This document shows, in pieces, positions 1-17,167 of a DNA stretch of 64,000 bases. Every line of letters starts with the position of its first letter. Position 1 is the first letter of the stretch. The DNA is taken from NCBI RefSeq assembly GCF_009914755.1, contig NC_060929.1; one strand, written 5' to 3'. The notes under the pieces were generated by a model. The model had not been told where the DNA came from. It ran no database searches and saw only the letters and a program-made list of their open reading frames with translations. The DNA comes from the human T2T-CHM13v2.0 reference genome, Homo sapiens. The position numbers were made by a program, and so were the translations under genes.

Positions 1-25
1 CAGGCATGAGCCACCACGTCCCACC

Positions 26-272
26 TATTATACATATTTTTACTGTATATTTTCTATGTTTAGATACATAAATATTTACCATTGTGTTACAGTTGCCTAC
101 AGTACTCTGTACCATACAGAGTTGTAGCCTAGGAATGATAGGCTATACCATACAGCCTAGGTGTGTAGTAGGCTACACCATCTAGATTTATGTAAGTACA
201 CTCTATGATGTTCATACAACAAAATCATTGAACATTTCTCAAAATGTATCTCTGTTAAGTGATGCATGACTG
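26..272. mobile_element. Tigger3/MER7-like DNA transposon, terminal part
   Basis: tagcctaggtgtgtagtaggctacaccatctag...gcatgactg terminus followed by TA. Bases 1-25 are the edge of a minus-strand Alu. Confidence 0.75.
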
Positions 273-929
273 TACCTAAAGTAACTGGTGTGTGTGCACA
301 AGCTATCACATTTTTAAAAAGCTAAATGGCCAATGATATGTTTTGATCAACATCAGATGGTGATGGTTGGGAAAAATTAGTGGTTCTGTGAAAATGTCAT
401 TTTTCTCCATTGTGGCATGCTGATTCAGCTGTTTATATTCCAGGAAGTTATTTTGCTCTCACTGTTTAACAACAACACAAACAATGTAAACAATTCTTGC
501 ATGCCTTGTTCGGAGAATTATGTTTTTCATTAATCATTGTAAAAGCAAGGATGATCTTGCAACCTTTTTGTATGCAGCCATTATATGTAGGGCAGTCTGT
601 CTTTAAGTAGGGATAGATCACTCTAAAAGAAATAAGTCCTAGATAGCTTTCCCTCCAAGTCATCTTGTTTAAATACACTTGTTTAAAATGAAAAAAAAAA
701 GCGGGGGGTGGAGATGAAACCAGAACAAAACTCGCAGGTGGCAGTCTAGGTGTCCATTAACAATTACAGAACAATTGAAGAACCAAACCCATCTGAAACC
801 CATTAGAAGCAATGTAAGTGCTACCATGCAGTCACCCCTCCCACCTTCCCCCAACACCAAGTGGCTTCTCCTCAAGGCAAGGCCATGACATCCACATCTG
901 GGTCCAAAGAGTGGCGTGGGAGTCACAGC

Positions 930-1150
930 TTTGGTTTCTGGAGTCAGTTAGAACCTGAGTTCAAATCCTGACCCTGACATTTACCACCTACATGACTCTG
1001 GACAAATGTTTTGTGTTCTCTGTGCCTTGGCTTTCCTGTCTATGAAGTGAAGATGATGGTATTTACTTCATAAGTGCTTGGGAGGATAAATGAGACAGTT
1101 CACATAAGGTGCTTAGTGAACAGTGAGAACTCAAGAAACTTACATTATTA
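930..1150 (+). mobile_element. MIR
   Basis: ggagtcag...cctgagttcaaatcctg...gaggataaatgaga...gtgcttag core. Confidence 0.7.
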
Positions 1151-4100
1151 TGTTCTGTGGTGTTCCAAATATGCAGGAGCCGAAAGCCATTTGTGCTCTT
1201 CAACAGATGGAGCTACATGGATTTTCTCCCCAACGTATTATAAAAAATTTCAAATATACAAAAAAGCCAAAGATTGTACAGTGAATACGCATATACCTAC
1301 CACCTAGGTTCCACAATTAGTATTTTGCTATGTTTTTTCACTTATCTCTTATCCATAATCCATCTTATTGTTTGATACAATTTAAAGTAAGCTGCAGACA
1401 TCAGTACTTTTTAGACTACATATTCTATAGATTTCTTAAAAAGAAAAATTACATTCAGTGAAATGCACGGACCTTAAGTACACCATGCATGCATCCATCT
1501 TGACTTCTTAGTAAGTGTCCAGCTTCTGTTGCCATAGAGATGGCTTTGCTGTGGGTTGGGCTCTGCCAGGGAACAGGTGGTGGGTGATAGTGGTGGGTGG
1601 TCTGGGAGCACGTGGGAGGAGAGGGTCTACCCCTCTAGAGGCTGCTTACTTTTTGAGGCCCAGCAGAGCTCCCAGCTCCCCAGGGAGGTGCAGATTGAGT
1701 TATGCTCCTGTCACTATTTCACAGGTTCAAGCCAATTTTAAAGGTTATTTAGTTTTCTCAATGTAGAAAATCCTGTTTCTGCTTCCCTAACAGATGGTGA
1801 TTCAGTCTGTTTGCATGCCTTGGGCAACCTCACTATGTTGGCTTTCCCAATTTAGAAGTTCTTTCTAAAGATGAGCTGAGATCCTTCCTGAAACTCAGAA
1901 GTTCTTCCTTCTGGAGACAGGTTCAAGATTCCTGCTGAAAAAGGAAGCCTGTTCTCTCATGTGCCCTTCATTTTCTCTAAATTGAATTTCTCCAGGTCAT
2001 TCCATCCTTTCTCATTTGGCACTTATCACGTCCTGTCTTGAACTGTTAATTAACATTTCATCAGCTGGGTGTCTCCTTAATGAGGTTTCCTGCAGTCAAG
2101 GACCACAGCTAAGGCTTCTCTATGTATGGCAGCCTGAAGGCACTGCCCACCTTGAAGGTGCTCAATGAATGTACTGATTGATTTAGGTGGAAAAAGAATA
2201 TTACATGGGTTAGATATAAATGTAATAGATCTTCGAGTCCAAACAATGAGTTTTGCCCTTTAAACATAGTTTGGACCATATATTATGTGTAGGGATGTAT
2301 GTGCATCTCTTAGTCTATATTCTGTAGAGGAAACAGCCATAGAATATAACACCTAATGAAGAGCCTTGCTTATTAAAGTTATAAATAAAAACAGTGTTCT
2401 ACCAGCTCTATGTTGTCAAGGCAGGGCTGCCTGAGCCACCATGCTGTATACTTTGAATTATTTGCATCATAATTTTGGGGAAGAAAATCCTGCTGTCCAA
2501 GAACCTCTGAAATATAAGGCAAGTCTTAACACTTCTCCCAGGGATGAACTGCATTTGAAATCATATTTCAATCCAAGGTACACCCAGAGCTTTGTTGTGA
2601 GAGAGTTCTTCCAGTCCCTAGACCTATCTTCCAAACAGTGTCTCACTGTTTCCTGTAAAGGGCAGTGGTTTCTACTGGGCTGAATACATGAAGAAAGCCC
2701 AGTTCCATCCAAGTCTTCTCCACTCACGTTCTTGCCCATTCATTCACAGGAAACCCAAGTTGAAATGGCTATAAGTAAACTTTCTTTGATACCATAAATG
2801 CCTGCACTTGGGACAGGCAAGGACTCTGCCCACTCGGCGATTTACATCTTTTCAGGTTGTGTTTACAGAAAGGAACATCTCCAAGCTAATTTTTACCAGA
2901 GCTTCTCTTCTCTGCCTCCCATGAGACCAAGTGTTTGCCAGAAGCCGAGTCATCACTCTGACAACATGACGGTGCCCCTACCCTGCATGTGTTTCTTTTC
3001 TTCCAAAACCAATACAAAAAAACCCCAAAACCTATGTTCACATGTGGTTTTCATGAAAGGAAAGAGTTGTTGACACCATCCAGATGGGGACTGGGAGGCG
3101 CTGGTTTCCAGCCTGAAGCTGGGTAGGGCTCTGGGTGAGCGGGATTAGGAGACTCTGATATACTTGGGATGACTCATATCCACTGGGGGCTTAGGAGATG
3201 TAAAATAAGCCTGTGCTAGATTTTGCTGTGAAACTCATGATACAAAGGCACATCTCCAACACACCATGGCATTCAGAAGGGCTTCTTTAAGGAGACATCT
3301 TCAGAAGGAAAAAGAGCAAATTAGAACTTCAGTGTTTTTGGAGAAGACTCCCGGCTACCTCACCTGTTGCATAAGGCCTTGTGGCCAGCCCGGGAGTTAT
3401 AGACGATGAGAGTTACTGGTTGTTTTCTAGAGAGGCACAGTCTAGTCTTGTGGAGGGGCTGAGAGGTGCTCTCTGAAACAGCCAGACCAAGAAGGCTGGG
3501 GATGTGTGTCCATCATGCTGGGGGTGAATTAGCACCAAGGATCAAGACTGAAGAAGTCCAATTCTGTGTTCAGTACACTTCACATGGAGCCTGGGATAAG
3601 GTGAAATAACCTGCTGGGTTGGCCCTTGAGATGGATGGAAAGTGAAAGAAGGGATAGGAGGTAATCAGGAGTGTCCAGGACAATTGTCCTGGACAATTTC
3701 CTCGATCGGAAATGGTACCCGTGCTTTTATTTTATTCGTTGCTCAGTGCATAATGAATCTGTTTGGTTGAAATGAAAGGATAGCATCTAGGAAAACAGCT
3801 GCCTTCAAAACAAAAGTGATTTTGCTTTCTGGAGCTGCCCTATCAGCAAAGGCAGTTTCACCTTCACCTTGGGGTCAAAAAGATTTGCCTCTTGAATGCA
3901 TGAGTCAAACCTAAACTGTGTCGGATTTTTTAAACCTATGACCTTTAACCACATTGTTGATTCACAATGTCAAAAAGCTTCATTCTTCTTTTGGACTGGA
4001 AAGTTTAAACATACTTAGCACAAAGTTGAATCCTGGGTCCACATTTTTAAAAAAATTACCTTTCTAGTTCAGCTAGAAGAACCTCATTTTAACAGAGCAC

Positions 4101-4581
4101 TGTTTGAAAGACTGCATAAATTATGACCAACAATAACAAACCTTTTTAAACAAACACATTAGAATGTATAACCAAAATACATGTGAGTTTTAGTCACATG
4201 ATGCTATTATTACTCAAATTATTTTCAAAGTTCCTCTTTCAGAGTGGCCTTGAAGACAACTTGAACAGAAGCAGAAAAATGTCACCTGACTTGATAGTCA
4301 CAGGTTTGCTTCCTTGATCTCATCCAATTTTCTGCCTTTCACATTCTTTTTGCAACTTTAACCTTGCCCTTCTCCCCTCTTTCACTTCATGAACTAATAA
4401 CCATGGGACTCCCCCGCCCAACCCTTTAAATATATTGTAATGATGCTACCTGGGAATGGAAAAGTCCAGGAGAAAGACTATGGGGCCAACAACAGCTGGG
4501 AATCAGAGAGCCCCATGGTGTATGGGGCGTAACACCCAATATTCCTTTGGGTATTAAGTGCATATAAGAAACATAAGAGGA

Positions 4582-4930
<349 letters not shown>

Positions 4931-5203
4931 TCAAGTGTTCTCTACACAAATCACCACCAGTTGAACCCCCATTAAGGCAGGTAATAGTCCTTGGCTATAG
5001 ACAAGAGTTGGTACCATGCGCCTAATGTAGGTCTGGATTTGGTTAACATCCTTTTGTGCAACAGGTCAGAGAAGGACTGATAACCAGAACACTGGCAGGC
5101 TGTGCTGGAACTGCTTGTTGCTGGATGGCAGGGACATTTGAGGCACAGAGATAAGAAGGGAAAGAACCAACTGTTGCGCGGATTCCCTCAATGGCAGCAG
5201 CTG

Positions 5204-5604
5204 TGTCTTAGTCTGTTTGTGCTGCTAGAACAACATACCTGAGACTGGGTAATTTATAAAGAACAGAAATGTATTTTCACAGTTTTGGAGGTTGAATGTT
5301 CAAAATCTAGATGCCAGCAGGTTCGGTGTCTGGTGAGGCCCAGTCTCTGCTTCCAAGACATTGACTTGTCGCTTTGTCCTTTGAAGGAAACGCACTCTGT
5401 GTCCTCACATGGCAAATAAATGGAAGGGCGAAAAGGGCCAAGCTAGTTCCCTCCAGCATTTGAATAATGCGCTAGTCTCATTTACGCGGGCAGAGCCCTC
5501 CTCCTGGCTCATCACGTCCTAAATGTCCCTCTCTTAATACTGTTGCATTGGGGATTAAGCTTCAACATGAATTTTAGGGGAAGAAAAACACTGAATGCAT
5601 AGCA
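5204..5604 (-). mobile_element. MaLR solo LTR (MST-like)
   Basis: TG...CA ends (tgtcttagtctgtttg...catagca) with a perfect 5-bp TSD AGCTG at 5199-5203 and 5605-5609. Confidence 0.88.
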
Positions 5605-7178
5605 AGCTGTAAGAGAGACTTATGAGTTGTCTTGGGCCAATGTCTGGGAAAGGATTAGTTTGAGGGAGTTCCAGTATTGTAGAGCTACAGGAGGAAAAAG
5701 TGCCAGGTCAGGGTAGCTGAGAACAATGGAGAAATTGGGGGATAACCTAGATTTGGAACTGGAAGACCCACTTGGATTGTTGTGAGGATTAAATGAGATC
5801 TTTATACAAATAATTTGAAGCCACAAAATTGTTTTTTGTTGATGCGTCATTCACCATTTTCCTCATTCACGAGGAAGGCAACAAGCATTAATTTTTCTGG
5901 CCCTCCATTAAGAACCTGTCTACATCCTCACCTAGCTCCTGAGCGCCTTGCTTTTTCCATAGCTTAGTGAAAGCCTGCTCCTGTCCTCACCCTAGGCTAA
6001 TTCCCCCACCTGTGCAACACCTGTGCTCTTCTAGGGCCATCCCTTCCTACTTTGTGAGTTCTTGTTCCGTCAGTTATGCCTCATTTGTTCACATTCTCAG
6101 CCTCTCCTTTCCTCTTCCTCATTATCATTCAAACATGCTCTACTATCACCCAACTTAAAAAAAGAGCAACTTCCTCCTTTATGGCACTATGTCCCTATAG
6201 GTACTTCCTTTTCTGCATTCAATTTCCTCTTCACAGTCAGCCTTCTGGAAAGGGCGGTCTCTACTCACTACCTGAAATTGCTTAGTCCCTTCCTACTTGA
6301 GCTCACTTCAGCTTGGCTCCTGAATCCATCGCTGCACTGGAACTGGTTTTGTCAAAGTGACCAGTGACCACCCCTCACCAAATCCAATGGGCACTTTTTC
6401 ATTCTTCTATTAATCAATGTTTTCTAAACCTCTTACTCAGCTTCTATGGGAACTTTCTCTCCTATTTTTCTCCCACTTTTCCAACTGTTCTGTCTCATTT
6501 ATCCTCTGCCATCCACTTCTCAAACATTGGGGATTCCTCTTGGCCTCTAGGGGCACTGCTGTTTCTTCAGCTCTTAGGAGAAAGCTGGTTGGCACACAGT
6601 TGGTTCACAGTCAAGGACCTTTCTTGAGCCAAAGGGCTTGGAGTTGGTGCTTTCTTCCTCTTGGACCTGGCTTTGGGGGTTCAGCTCTCCCCAGGTGAGT
6701 GGTCTAGTGAACCAGCCTGGGGCTGCCCCTACTGGGAAAGCACCTGTCCTAAAGGTGCAGTTTCCACCAGCAATGCTCCAGCCACCAGAACAAACCCCAA
6801 TTTATTTCCTCATCCTTATCCTTTTTTTGGCCATGCCATTTCTAGAGCTCACCTTGCCTCTTTAAGGGATAAAACAGAGCTGAGATTTGCATCTGGGCCT
6901 ATGAGGACAGGGAATAGGTGGCCACTCAGTTTGCTGGATCTGTCTCAGATCTGTCTATTACCGGCCAGAGTGGCTCCTTTAGTTAAACCCGGAGCCCCAC
7001 GGATAAGTCTCCGCACTGAGGTCAGGGGCTAAAGCCCTAAAACATCCATTCCTTGGGGGCTTCCTTTGCCTGGTTGCATTCTTTACAAAGTTATCTTCCC
7101 CAGGATCCTACAACTGTTTATGTGTTGAGGTTCTTGGAGCAGGCATTCACAAAGGCAACCTATCTGACCAACTGGTAG

Positions 7179-7553
<375 letters not shown>

Positions 7554-8218
7554 TGAGATATCTGATCAAACACTAGGGCTCCAAATACTGCACGTGGCTG
7601 GTAGTACAATCTCTAGAACAAGAACAGGGCCTCTGACCTCCAGGCCACATGTTCTTGCATGATCAACACATCTAAAAGTCAACTCATCAAAACTCCCCAA
7701 AGTCGTCCCTTCTCTCTTTCCATTCCTTCTGCAACTTTCTTTACTTCCCCATTCCACTGCTGGCCTTTTGCTGGTTGCTCTTGCTTCTCCTTAAAAATGT
7801 AGCCAAGATGTCACCTCCTTGGAAGCCTCCCTGGTCCCAAGATTGGATTGGTAGTCCTTCCCTCTGTTCATATAGCGGGCTGTACTTTCCCGATATAACA
7901 CTGTCACTTGTTCCCTTTCCAGTTTTCTCCCTAGACTGGGCATTGCTTGAGGGCAGGAGCCCTGCCTTGGTTATAAACATCCAAAAGAAACTGGGCATGT
8001 GAAATGGAAAAATCCTCTGGTTGCAAATGGGAATATTGCTCTTCCTCAAACACATCACCAGTTTATTGAGCAAACTGAAGTCGGTAAGATTCCATTTATT
8101 TTTCTCTCCCACCATTGTCTTCAAATGGACTCTGTCTAGTTCTCCTTACTTGCTCTTTGGTGACTTCTCCAGGCAAATGCCAAGACTTTGATCACGTTCA
8201 GACATCTGAACAGTCTCA

Positions 8219-8584
<366 letters not shown>

Positions 8585-8588
8585 CTAA

Positions 8589-8987
<399 letters not shown>

Positions 8988-9345
8988 TAATCTTCTCACA
9001 GCCCTCTCCCCCTCTTAATCCCCTTCCCCTTCCCCTCTCACCCTTCAGGATTCCCCAGGACTGAGCAGATGAGGAGGAATGAGAGGGAAGGGGCAGAGAG
9101 CACCATGTGCAGTTTGTGGCTTTGCCTGAGTGTTTGGTGTCCTGTGCACTCTAAGCCTAACTCTTTTTAGGGCATATTGATGGGACTTTGAGGTATCTTC
9201 TCCCAGCACAGGGACTTCTTGCCTTGGGTCCTATGCCCTCTATCTCTGAGTTCCTGTCTGCTAGACACTTATGCCCCAACAGGTATCTCTCTTTAATACC
9301 TCTGGCTGTCACTGGGCCATGGAAACCCACTCGCCCTTAACTTTT

Positions 9346-9786
9346 TGTTAAGCAAAACTTATAGGAGGCCATTGATTTGGGCTGAGCTCCGGTACTAGGC
9401 TCCAACAGATCAGACCAAAATGGAAACACTCCCGCTAAAGTTCCACATCACCAAATGTTGCTGTTTATCTGACCTTCTGAGAAACCAGGAGAGATTACAG
9501 CCAAATCCCCAAACAGGCCAGTTTTAGCCGACATGACAAGGAAGTCCCCTCTGCTTTAATCCTTCCAAGGAAAGTAACCGAAAGTAACCTGATGCTAACC
9601 AATCCACTTTTTGTTCCCCATTTCTGCTCTCTTCAGCCCTTTTCTGTCCATAAAGTTAACCTCTTCTGCTCAGCTCATCAGAACACTCATTGTATTTTAT
9701 TGAATGAGATGTTGCCCACTTCTAGATTCACTAATAAAAGCCAAGTAGATCTTTAAACTAAACGTGTTGTAATTTGCCTTTTGACA
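9346..9786 (+). mobile_element. ERV1-class solo LTR (MER57/LTR54-like; family uncertain)
   Basis: TG...CA ends, internal AATAAA near 9733, ending agatctttaaactaaa...ttttgaca. Confidence 0.7.
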
Positions 9787-12700
9787 CTTTCAAATGGCAT
9801 CTTGCTACCCAGCTGCCCTCTCTCTTCTTACCCTGCCTCCTGGCTCCACCTGGCTCCTGCTTTCACAGCTCTCGAGAGCCAGGTGCCAGTCATCATGCCC
9901 CCAGACTCCAGGGGACACATGGCAAGCTCTCCCAAGACCTTTGGCATTTGCAACTCTGGTAGTAGCACTATGCGGGCTGAAATGTTTTCACCACTCAACA
10001 AGCTTCTGTCCATAAAATGAGAGTTTGTCTCTCCTTGCAAGAATCTCCCTAAACCCGAGGTTCTCTTGGACCCCTCTTTGCTTGCTTTGGGGGAGGGGAT
10101 CCCCTTCCCCATGGAAAAGGAAGGAAAAAGCAAAGCTTGCTCCTCTTACAAATTCCCTTCAAGGAACTCTCCATGAACCTCTAGCCTCTCGTTAGCAAGT
10201 CCAATGGGATTCTTTTAGCACCTCTCTTTAGAATGTAGGAGTGCTTATTACCCACTGACTCCAACTTTGAAGCTTTGGCCAACACCTGAGACAACAGGAT
10301 AAGTTCCATTCCATATCCTGTTAGCTGTTTCTTCTGCTTAAAATACTCTTTCTCCTTCCTTAGACCTGCCTTCAGTCTCACATACCTCCCTACCTGCAAC
10401 CTCATCCAAACTGCCACAGTAAATAGGACAAAAAGGGTTAGATTGGAAACTTATCTCGAACAAAACTCAAAATCATAAAAATACATTTACTTTATCTATT
10501 TTATAAAACAGATATGGTATATATGATTGTGCACAATTCTGAGACTGAAAAAAGAATGAGTCAATTATATGGGGCTTTAGCTGTTTGATAAAATGATATG
10601 ACAACACATTATGTTTTCCTTTATTTCACATTCAAAGGCAGGAAGATGAAGAGGAATACTTTTGCAAAAATATTCAAGAGTTTCATAATTTCCTGAGGGC
10701 CTCTCTTCCACCTTTGATATTCAAATCACCTTCTTTTGAAGAGGCTTTTTTGTCACATCCTTGTCAATTTTCCCTCTGTTAGCTGCTCTAATTCTGCCAG
10801 ATTCTTCTTTGTCCATGGGCTTACCCATGATTGAGTAGTTCTCTAACTTCACTGCCCACTGCATAAAAAAAGTGCATTTGCTTTGCGTCATATTTCTGTA
10901 TTGTTACAGCGCTGGGAAATCAGTGGGAGGATGGCTGACAAGGAGCATGAGGCGGCCGGCTAGAGGGAGGAGGCAAGTTTAACGAGGATGGGGTGTTTGC
11001 ATTTGGATACCTTTTATAAATGGCAGGTAAGTTCATCAGTCAACACTGTGCTGTAACAACTTCTGCTTCCCCATGCCACCTTATGACTTTGGGGCTTAGA
11101 TATTGAATACTGGGATAACCAGGAACCTCTGCCAGCATCCAGGGAGGTGGCATACTTTAAATGGCTCTCAGCTAAGTTGGAGGCAAGGACTAACTGGAGC
11201 GGGCAGAGTACGCAGGAGACATGGATAACCGGGGGGAGTATGTTGAGCCACAGAACCCAGAAGCAATTGGAACGTTCTGAAAGGGAAGGTAAGGGAGGGG
11301 CCAAGACGAGTTTGGCCTCTGTGACCACCAAGACTCAAGCTATCTTAGTCTACACATAGGAGACCAAGCTTGTGTCTTCTTTAACCTCAACTCCTGCCTT
11401 ACATTTTTTTTCCAACTTCACTTTCCTTAAGGAAACCACTAGTTTATCTTCACTGTGTCTAAATCAAAAGAACACCCACACCCACCCTGTGGAAGAAGGA
11501 ACGCCTCTGTAAACATGGATTGATAACTAAACAGCATCAGGAAGCACATCACCTGCCCTTTGTAACTAGTCCTCGGCATTTGCAAGACTAATCTCAGCAC
11601 CAGGTATAAGTGATGGAGCCAGTTTTCTGCAGGGAAGTCACACGTGGAAAAGCATTTGTAAAAAAGCATGAACAAACGAAGGGGGAAAATCTTAGGGAAG
11701 GATTGGAAGATGAAGGGGGAAAATCTGAGTCTGTTCAAATCTGGAGACCATAAAAAGTGTTTGAAGCCATAAGCTTATATCTTGGAGGAGATCCCAGGGT
11801 AAACAAAACTTGCCTGAGGAGTCTGGATAGTGTAATAGTCCGCCCTGATTTGACGAATGTGCTGAAGCCCTCCCAGCTAATAGAGAACAAGCCCTTTGAA
11901 GCTCCAGATACAGACTTCCCTAGAGCAGGCAGCAGGGTGGAGCTGCCTGGAGGCTGAGAATGCAGGGTCTGCAGGCAGAACGTCAGGGTTTGGAACAAGA
12001 ACCAGAGGGAAATCAAGGACTAAAATGTCATCCTAAAATCAGAAGGTGGTTAGGTCCTTGGAATTCAACAAATCGAACACTCATCCTACTAGTATTACCT
12101 AAGCCAAGCCCTGCTCTGAGGCAGATATTCCACGAAACAAAGCAGACACGGGCCATTTCTACTGATTAACAGTACAGTGTGATGACCACTCCTATGGGAG
12201 ATGCGTGAGTCAGGAACTCCCATTCCAGTTCAGCGGGGTTAGGAAAACCTTCCCAGGGAAAGGGGCCTTTCAGCTTAAACCTGAAGGATGCGTTAGTCAA
12301 GCAAAGAGAAAAGAGAAGAATGAACTGCACCAAGGGACTCACCTGTGTTAAGCCCAGAATCACGAGGGTGCTGGTGGACTGGAAGAGCTGAAGGAGGTTC
12401 AGGAGTTCAGATGAAAGAAACTGGGATTATTCATACTGGAAAAGGAAGGCTAAAAATTGAATGAAAGTTTTCATTATAATAAGGTGTTTATACAGAAGGC
12501 ATGACCTCCTGCACTGAGCCTTGCTCAAAAGAAAAGGGGCTCAGGGGTTCCCAGAACTGATCCAGACTCAGGGATGGGCCAACCCAAGTAGAAGGGCCAG
12601 AAGGCATCAAAGCACCATCCCCAGAGATCCTCAGAACCCCTCTCAGGGAAAGCCTGTGTGGGGTTGGGTGGAGTAAGACCCTTGGCAGTGAGGGTGAGAT

Positions 12701-12933
12701 GGTCCCAAGGGCTACTCTTAGTAAGAAATAAGTGGTTGTTAAATTGCTTTCTAAAAAAGGCAGTCAGTTATCTGTAGGGCTTTCCTTTTGCCAAAGGGTG
12801 TTCCAACTGGGACCAGACCTGTGTGCTTGGATCAGAGGGCAAGGACTGGGCAGCGCCCAGTGGCCTTCCCTCTCTAGCTCTTCCCAGCAGGGCCCTTATT
12901 CCAATATTAATGTCCCAACATTAAAAGAACATT

Positions 12934-13248
<315 letters not shown>

Positions 13249-13929
13249 TCACCAAGTGAGTAGCCTTTCCAATGTGCTCACAAGTCTCACTTTGGCTCTG
13301 TCCATAGAAAGGAAAAGGACCTTGACTATTCTCTGGCTACCTCTTCATTTTTCCTCACCTCCTGCCACAATTCCAGACACAAAATAGAAATCAGAGACAG
13401 CTGTGTGCTCAGAATGCCCACCTGGAACAGGAGGACTGGTAGCCAGCCTGGGACGAGGGTTCAGGTTCAAACAAAGGCTGGTTTTTCCTTCCTGTCTCCT
13501 CCCAGCTGGGGCTCCTTCCCATCCTCTTCTGCTCCCTCTACTATGGGGCCCAGGAGACTGGGGGAGAGGGCTGGTCAGGCCACTCAGGAAAGAGCCATGG
13601 GGGCCAATAAACACATGGAAAAGTGCAAACATCTGGCAGTGAAAGAAACACAAATTAACATTTTAAAGTCTGTCAATCAGCAAGAATCTTAAAAATGTAT
13701 AATAAGTACTGGTAAAAGTAAGGTCAATCTCTACTCACTGACGATGTTATGGATAAAACCTTAGTAACAAAGGGAAGGGCTAATGGCACCCACTGCTTAC
13801 TGCTCAATGCCTTCCCTGTCCCAAGAGAGGCTGTCTCCCGCCATCTGGGGATGGGTTAGCTGGACCTAGTTTGGCTTTGCTTAGTAACTAGATGTTTTGG
13901 ACTGGGGTGATCACCAGGATGACATATTC

Positions 13930-14235
13930 TCTTTTTTTTTTTCTTTTTTTTTTTTTGAGATAGAGTCTCGCTCTGTCATCCAGGCTGGAGTGCAGTGGCG
14001 CGATCTCGGCTCACTGCAAACTCTGCCTCCAGGTTCAAGCGATTCTCCTACCTCTGCCTCCTGAGTAGCTGGAACTACAGGCACCCGCCACCACACCCAG
14101 ATAATTTTTGTGTTTTTAGTAGAGATGGGGTTTCGCCATGTTGGGCAGGATGGTCTTGATCTCTTGACCTCGTGATCCACCCACCTTGGCCTCCCAGAGT
14201 GCTAAAATTACAGGCATGAGCCACCCGCCCCAGCC
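13930..14235 (-). mobile_element. AluSc-like
   Basis: Reverse Alu; TSD ggatgacatattct. Confidence 0.95.
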
Positions 14236-14405
14236 GGGATGACATATTCTAAAAGCACCATCAGCGGAAGCCCACAGCAACCCCAGTCAGGTCCTGTCTT
14301 CAGGAGATGACTCCCCAAAACTGTTGCCTGAGAAGCAGGGACTTTGCCTCATCCCAAACAGTAAGAGGGGTGGTGGACATAATGACTCTGGCTTCGCTAC
14401 TTAAC

Positions 14406-14697
<292 letters not shown>

Positions 14698-14844
14698 CCA
14701 GCTACATGGGGCAACAATGTTGCCAGTTTAGCCATCAATGTATTTTTCTAACCAGGTTGTGTTGACCAGTAGAGAGTCCTCTAATTTATATATTAATCCA
14801 AACATGCTATCTGAACCTAAACATAGTTTTTGTTCCTCTTTTCA

Positions 14845-15147
<303 letters not shown>

Positions 15148-16412
15148 TCACAAAGCAATATTCTTTATAAGAAAGTCCACATATCCAGGCCAACACTTTT
15201 GTTCATCCCAATCCCCAGAAATAAATCATTACAAACAGAACTTTCAGAAATATTCTTTGTATCTGAAGTATTTGTTACTCTTCACCTCAGAGCCCTAACC
15301 ACAGAATGTAAGGACCTATTGACTTTGTAGCCAAGAGAACAGTCTACGTTGCTAGTAGAAATCACCTCCTCCTCCTCCAGAATTCAGCAAGATGGTACCT
15401 GACTGTAACTACAGATTAAATAACAGCTGATGTCAACTGGTCATAGAACTAGATACAACATTCATTCCGTTCTCAAGCCAGCACTCTCATCAGAAGCTGT
15501 AGTGATACTTTATGAACCCACCTGTAAATTTCATCTGTTCTTCATATCAGCATTGTGCTGTTGGTTTTGTCTGCAAGTTCACTGGGAAGATGGCACAGAT
15601 GGCCACCAACTTCTGCGACCTGTGTGTGGGGAGGCAATTTTCATGTGAAGTATATGAAAAACATCACTAAATTTAAAGATATTTGTAAAATCCCGGAAGC
15701 CACTAATTAGCATTTCATCCTACTATGTCTCCCTCTTTAGTTGTTGCTGCTTCTTGGCTGAACCAAGAAGCCAGCCCCCTCCCTGGCTTCCCCGCCCCCA
15801 CTCCTCACATGCCTTTGTCATGCTGGTGTTCTTCTTCAACTCTAGCTTTGGCCATCACTCACCACAGATTACCTGGATCATAGATTGCTTGAACAGGATT
15901 TCCTACAAATTATCCTCAGTCCTTTGAGGGGCAGGTCAAAGGCAAGGGAAGGGGGCCAAGGGCTAGGGGTCCAACCATGCGCGGGAGAACAGAGCGGGGG
16001 CTTTGAGTTAAGAGCTTTGAGTCTGGGCTCCAATTCCAATGCTACTGGCCGAGCGACTTCATGCAACATAATTTCTAAAATGGCAAAAACATTTATCTAA
16101 AGAGTAGATATTATTGTGAAGGGTTTAGTGGCCACTGTAAGAGTCAGTAGTGTCTGGCCAATAATGCATCCTTAGTAAAGGTTAGTTCCTTACCTTGCTC
16201 CTGTAATTAGCAAGATATGGCACATCTGATGAGTTAAACCACAGAATCCAAAGAGGCTGTGGTGAACTGGGGCCAGGTGAGGCCACGTGGGCACCCAGGG
16301 GCTACGGGCTGGCTGATGAGACAGAAAAGGGGCAATTTCTAGGTATTAGTAACACTGAGTTTCCTGGGGTATAGGAAGGGCCCTTATGATCCAGGGGACC
16401 ATAGATTATAAT

Positions 16413-17167
<755 letters not shown>

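Noticed and set aside
3677-3690. Steroid-receptor or p53 site within the palindrome
   Set aside because: Half-site spacing is 2 rather than 3 for GRE/ARE, and it does not fit RRRCWWGYYY.
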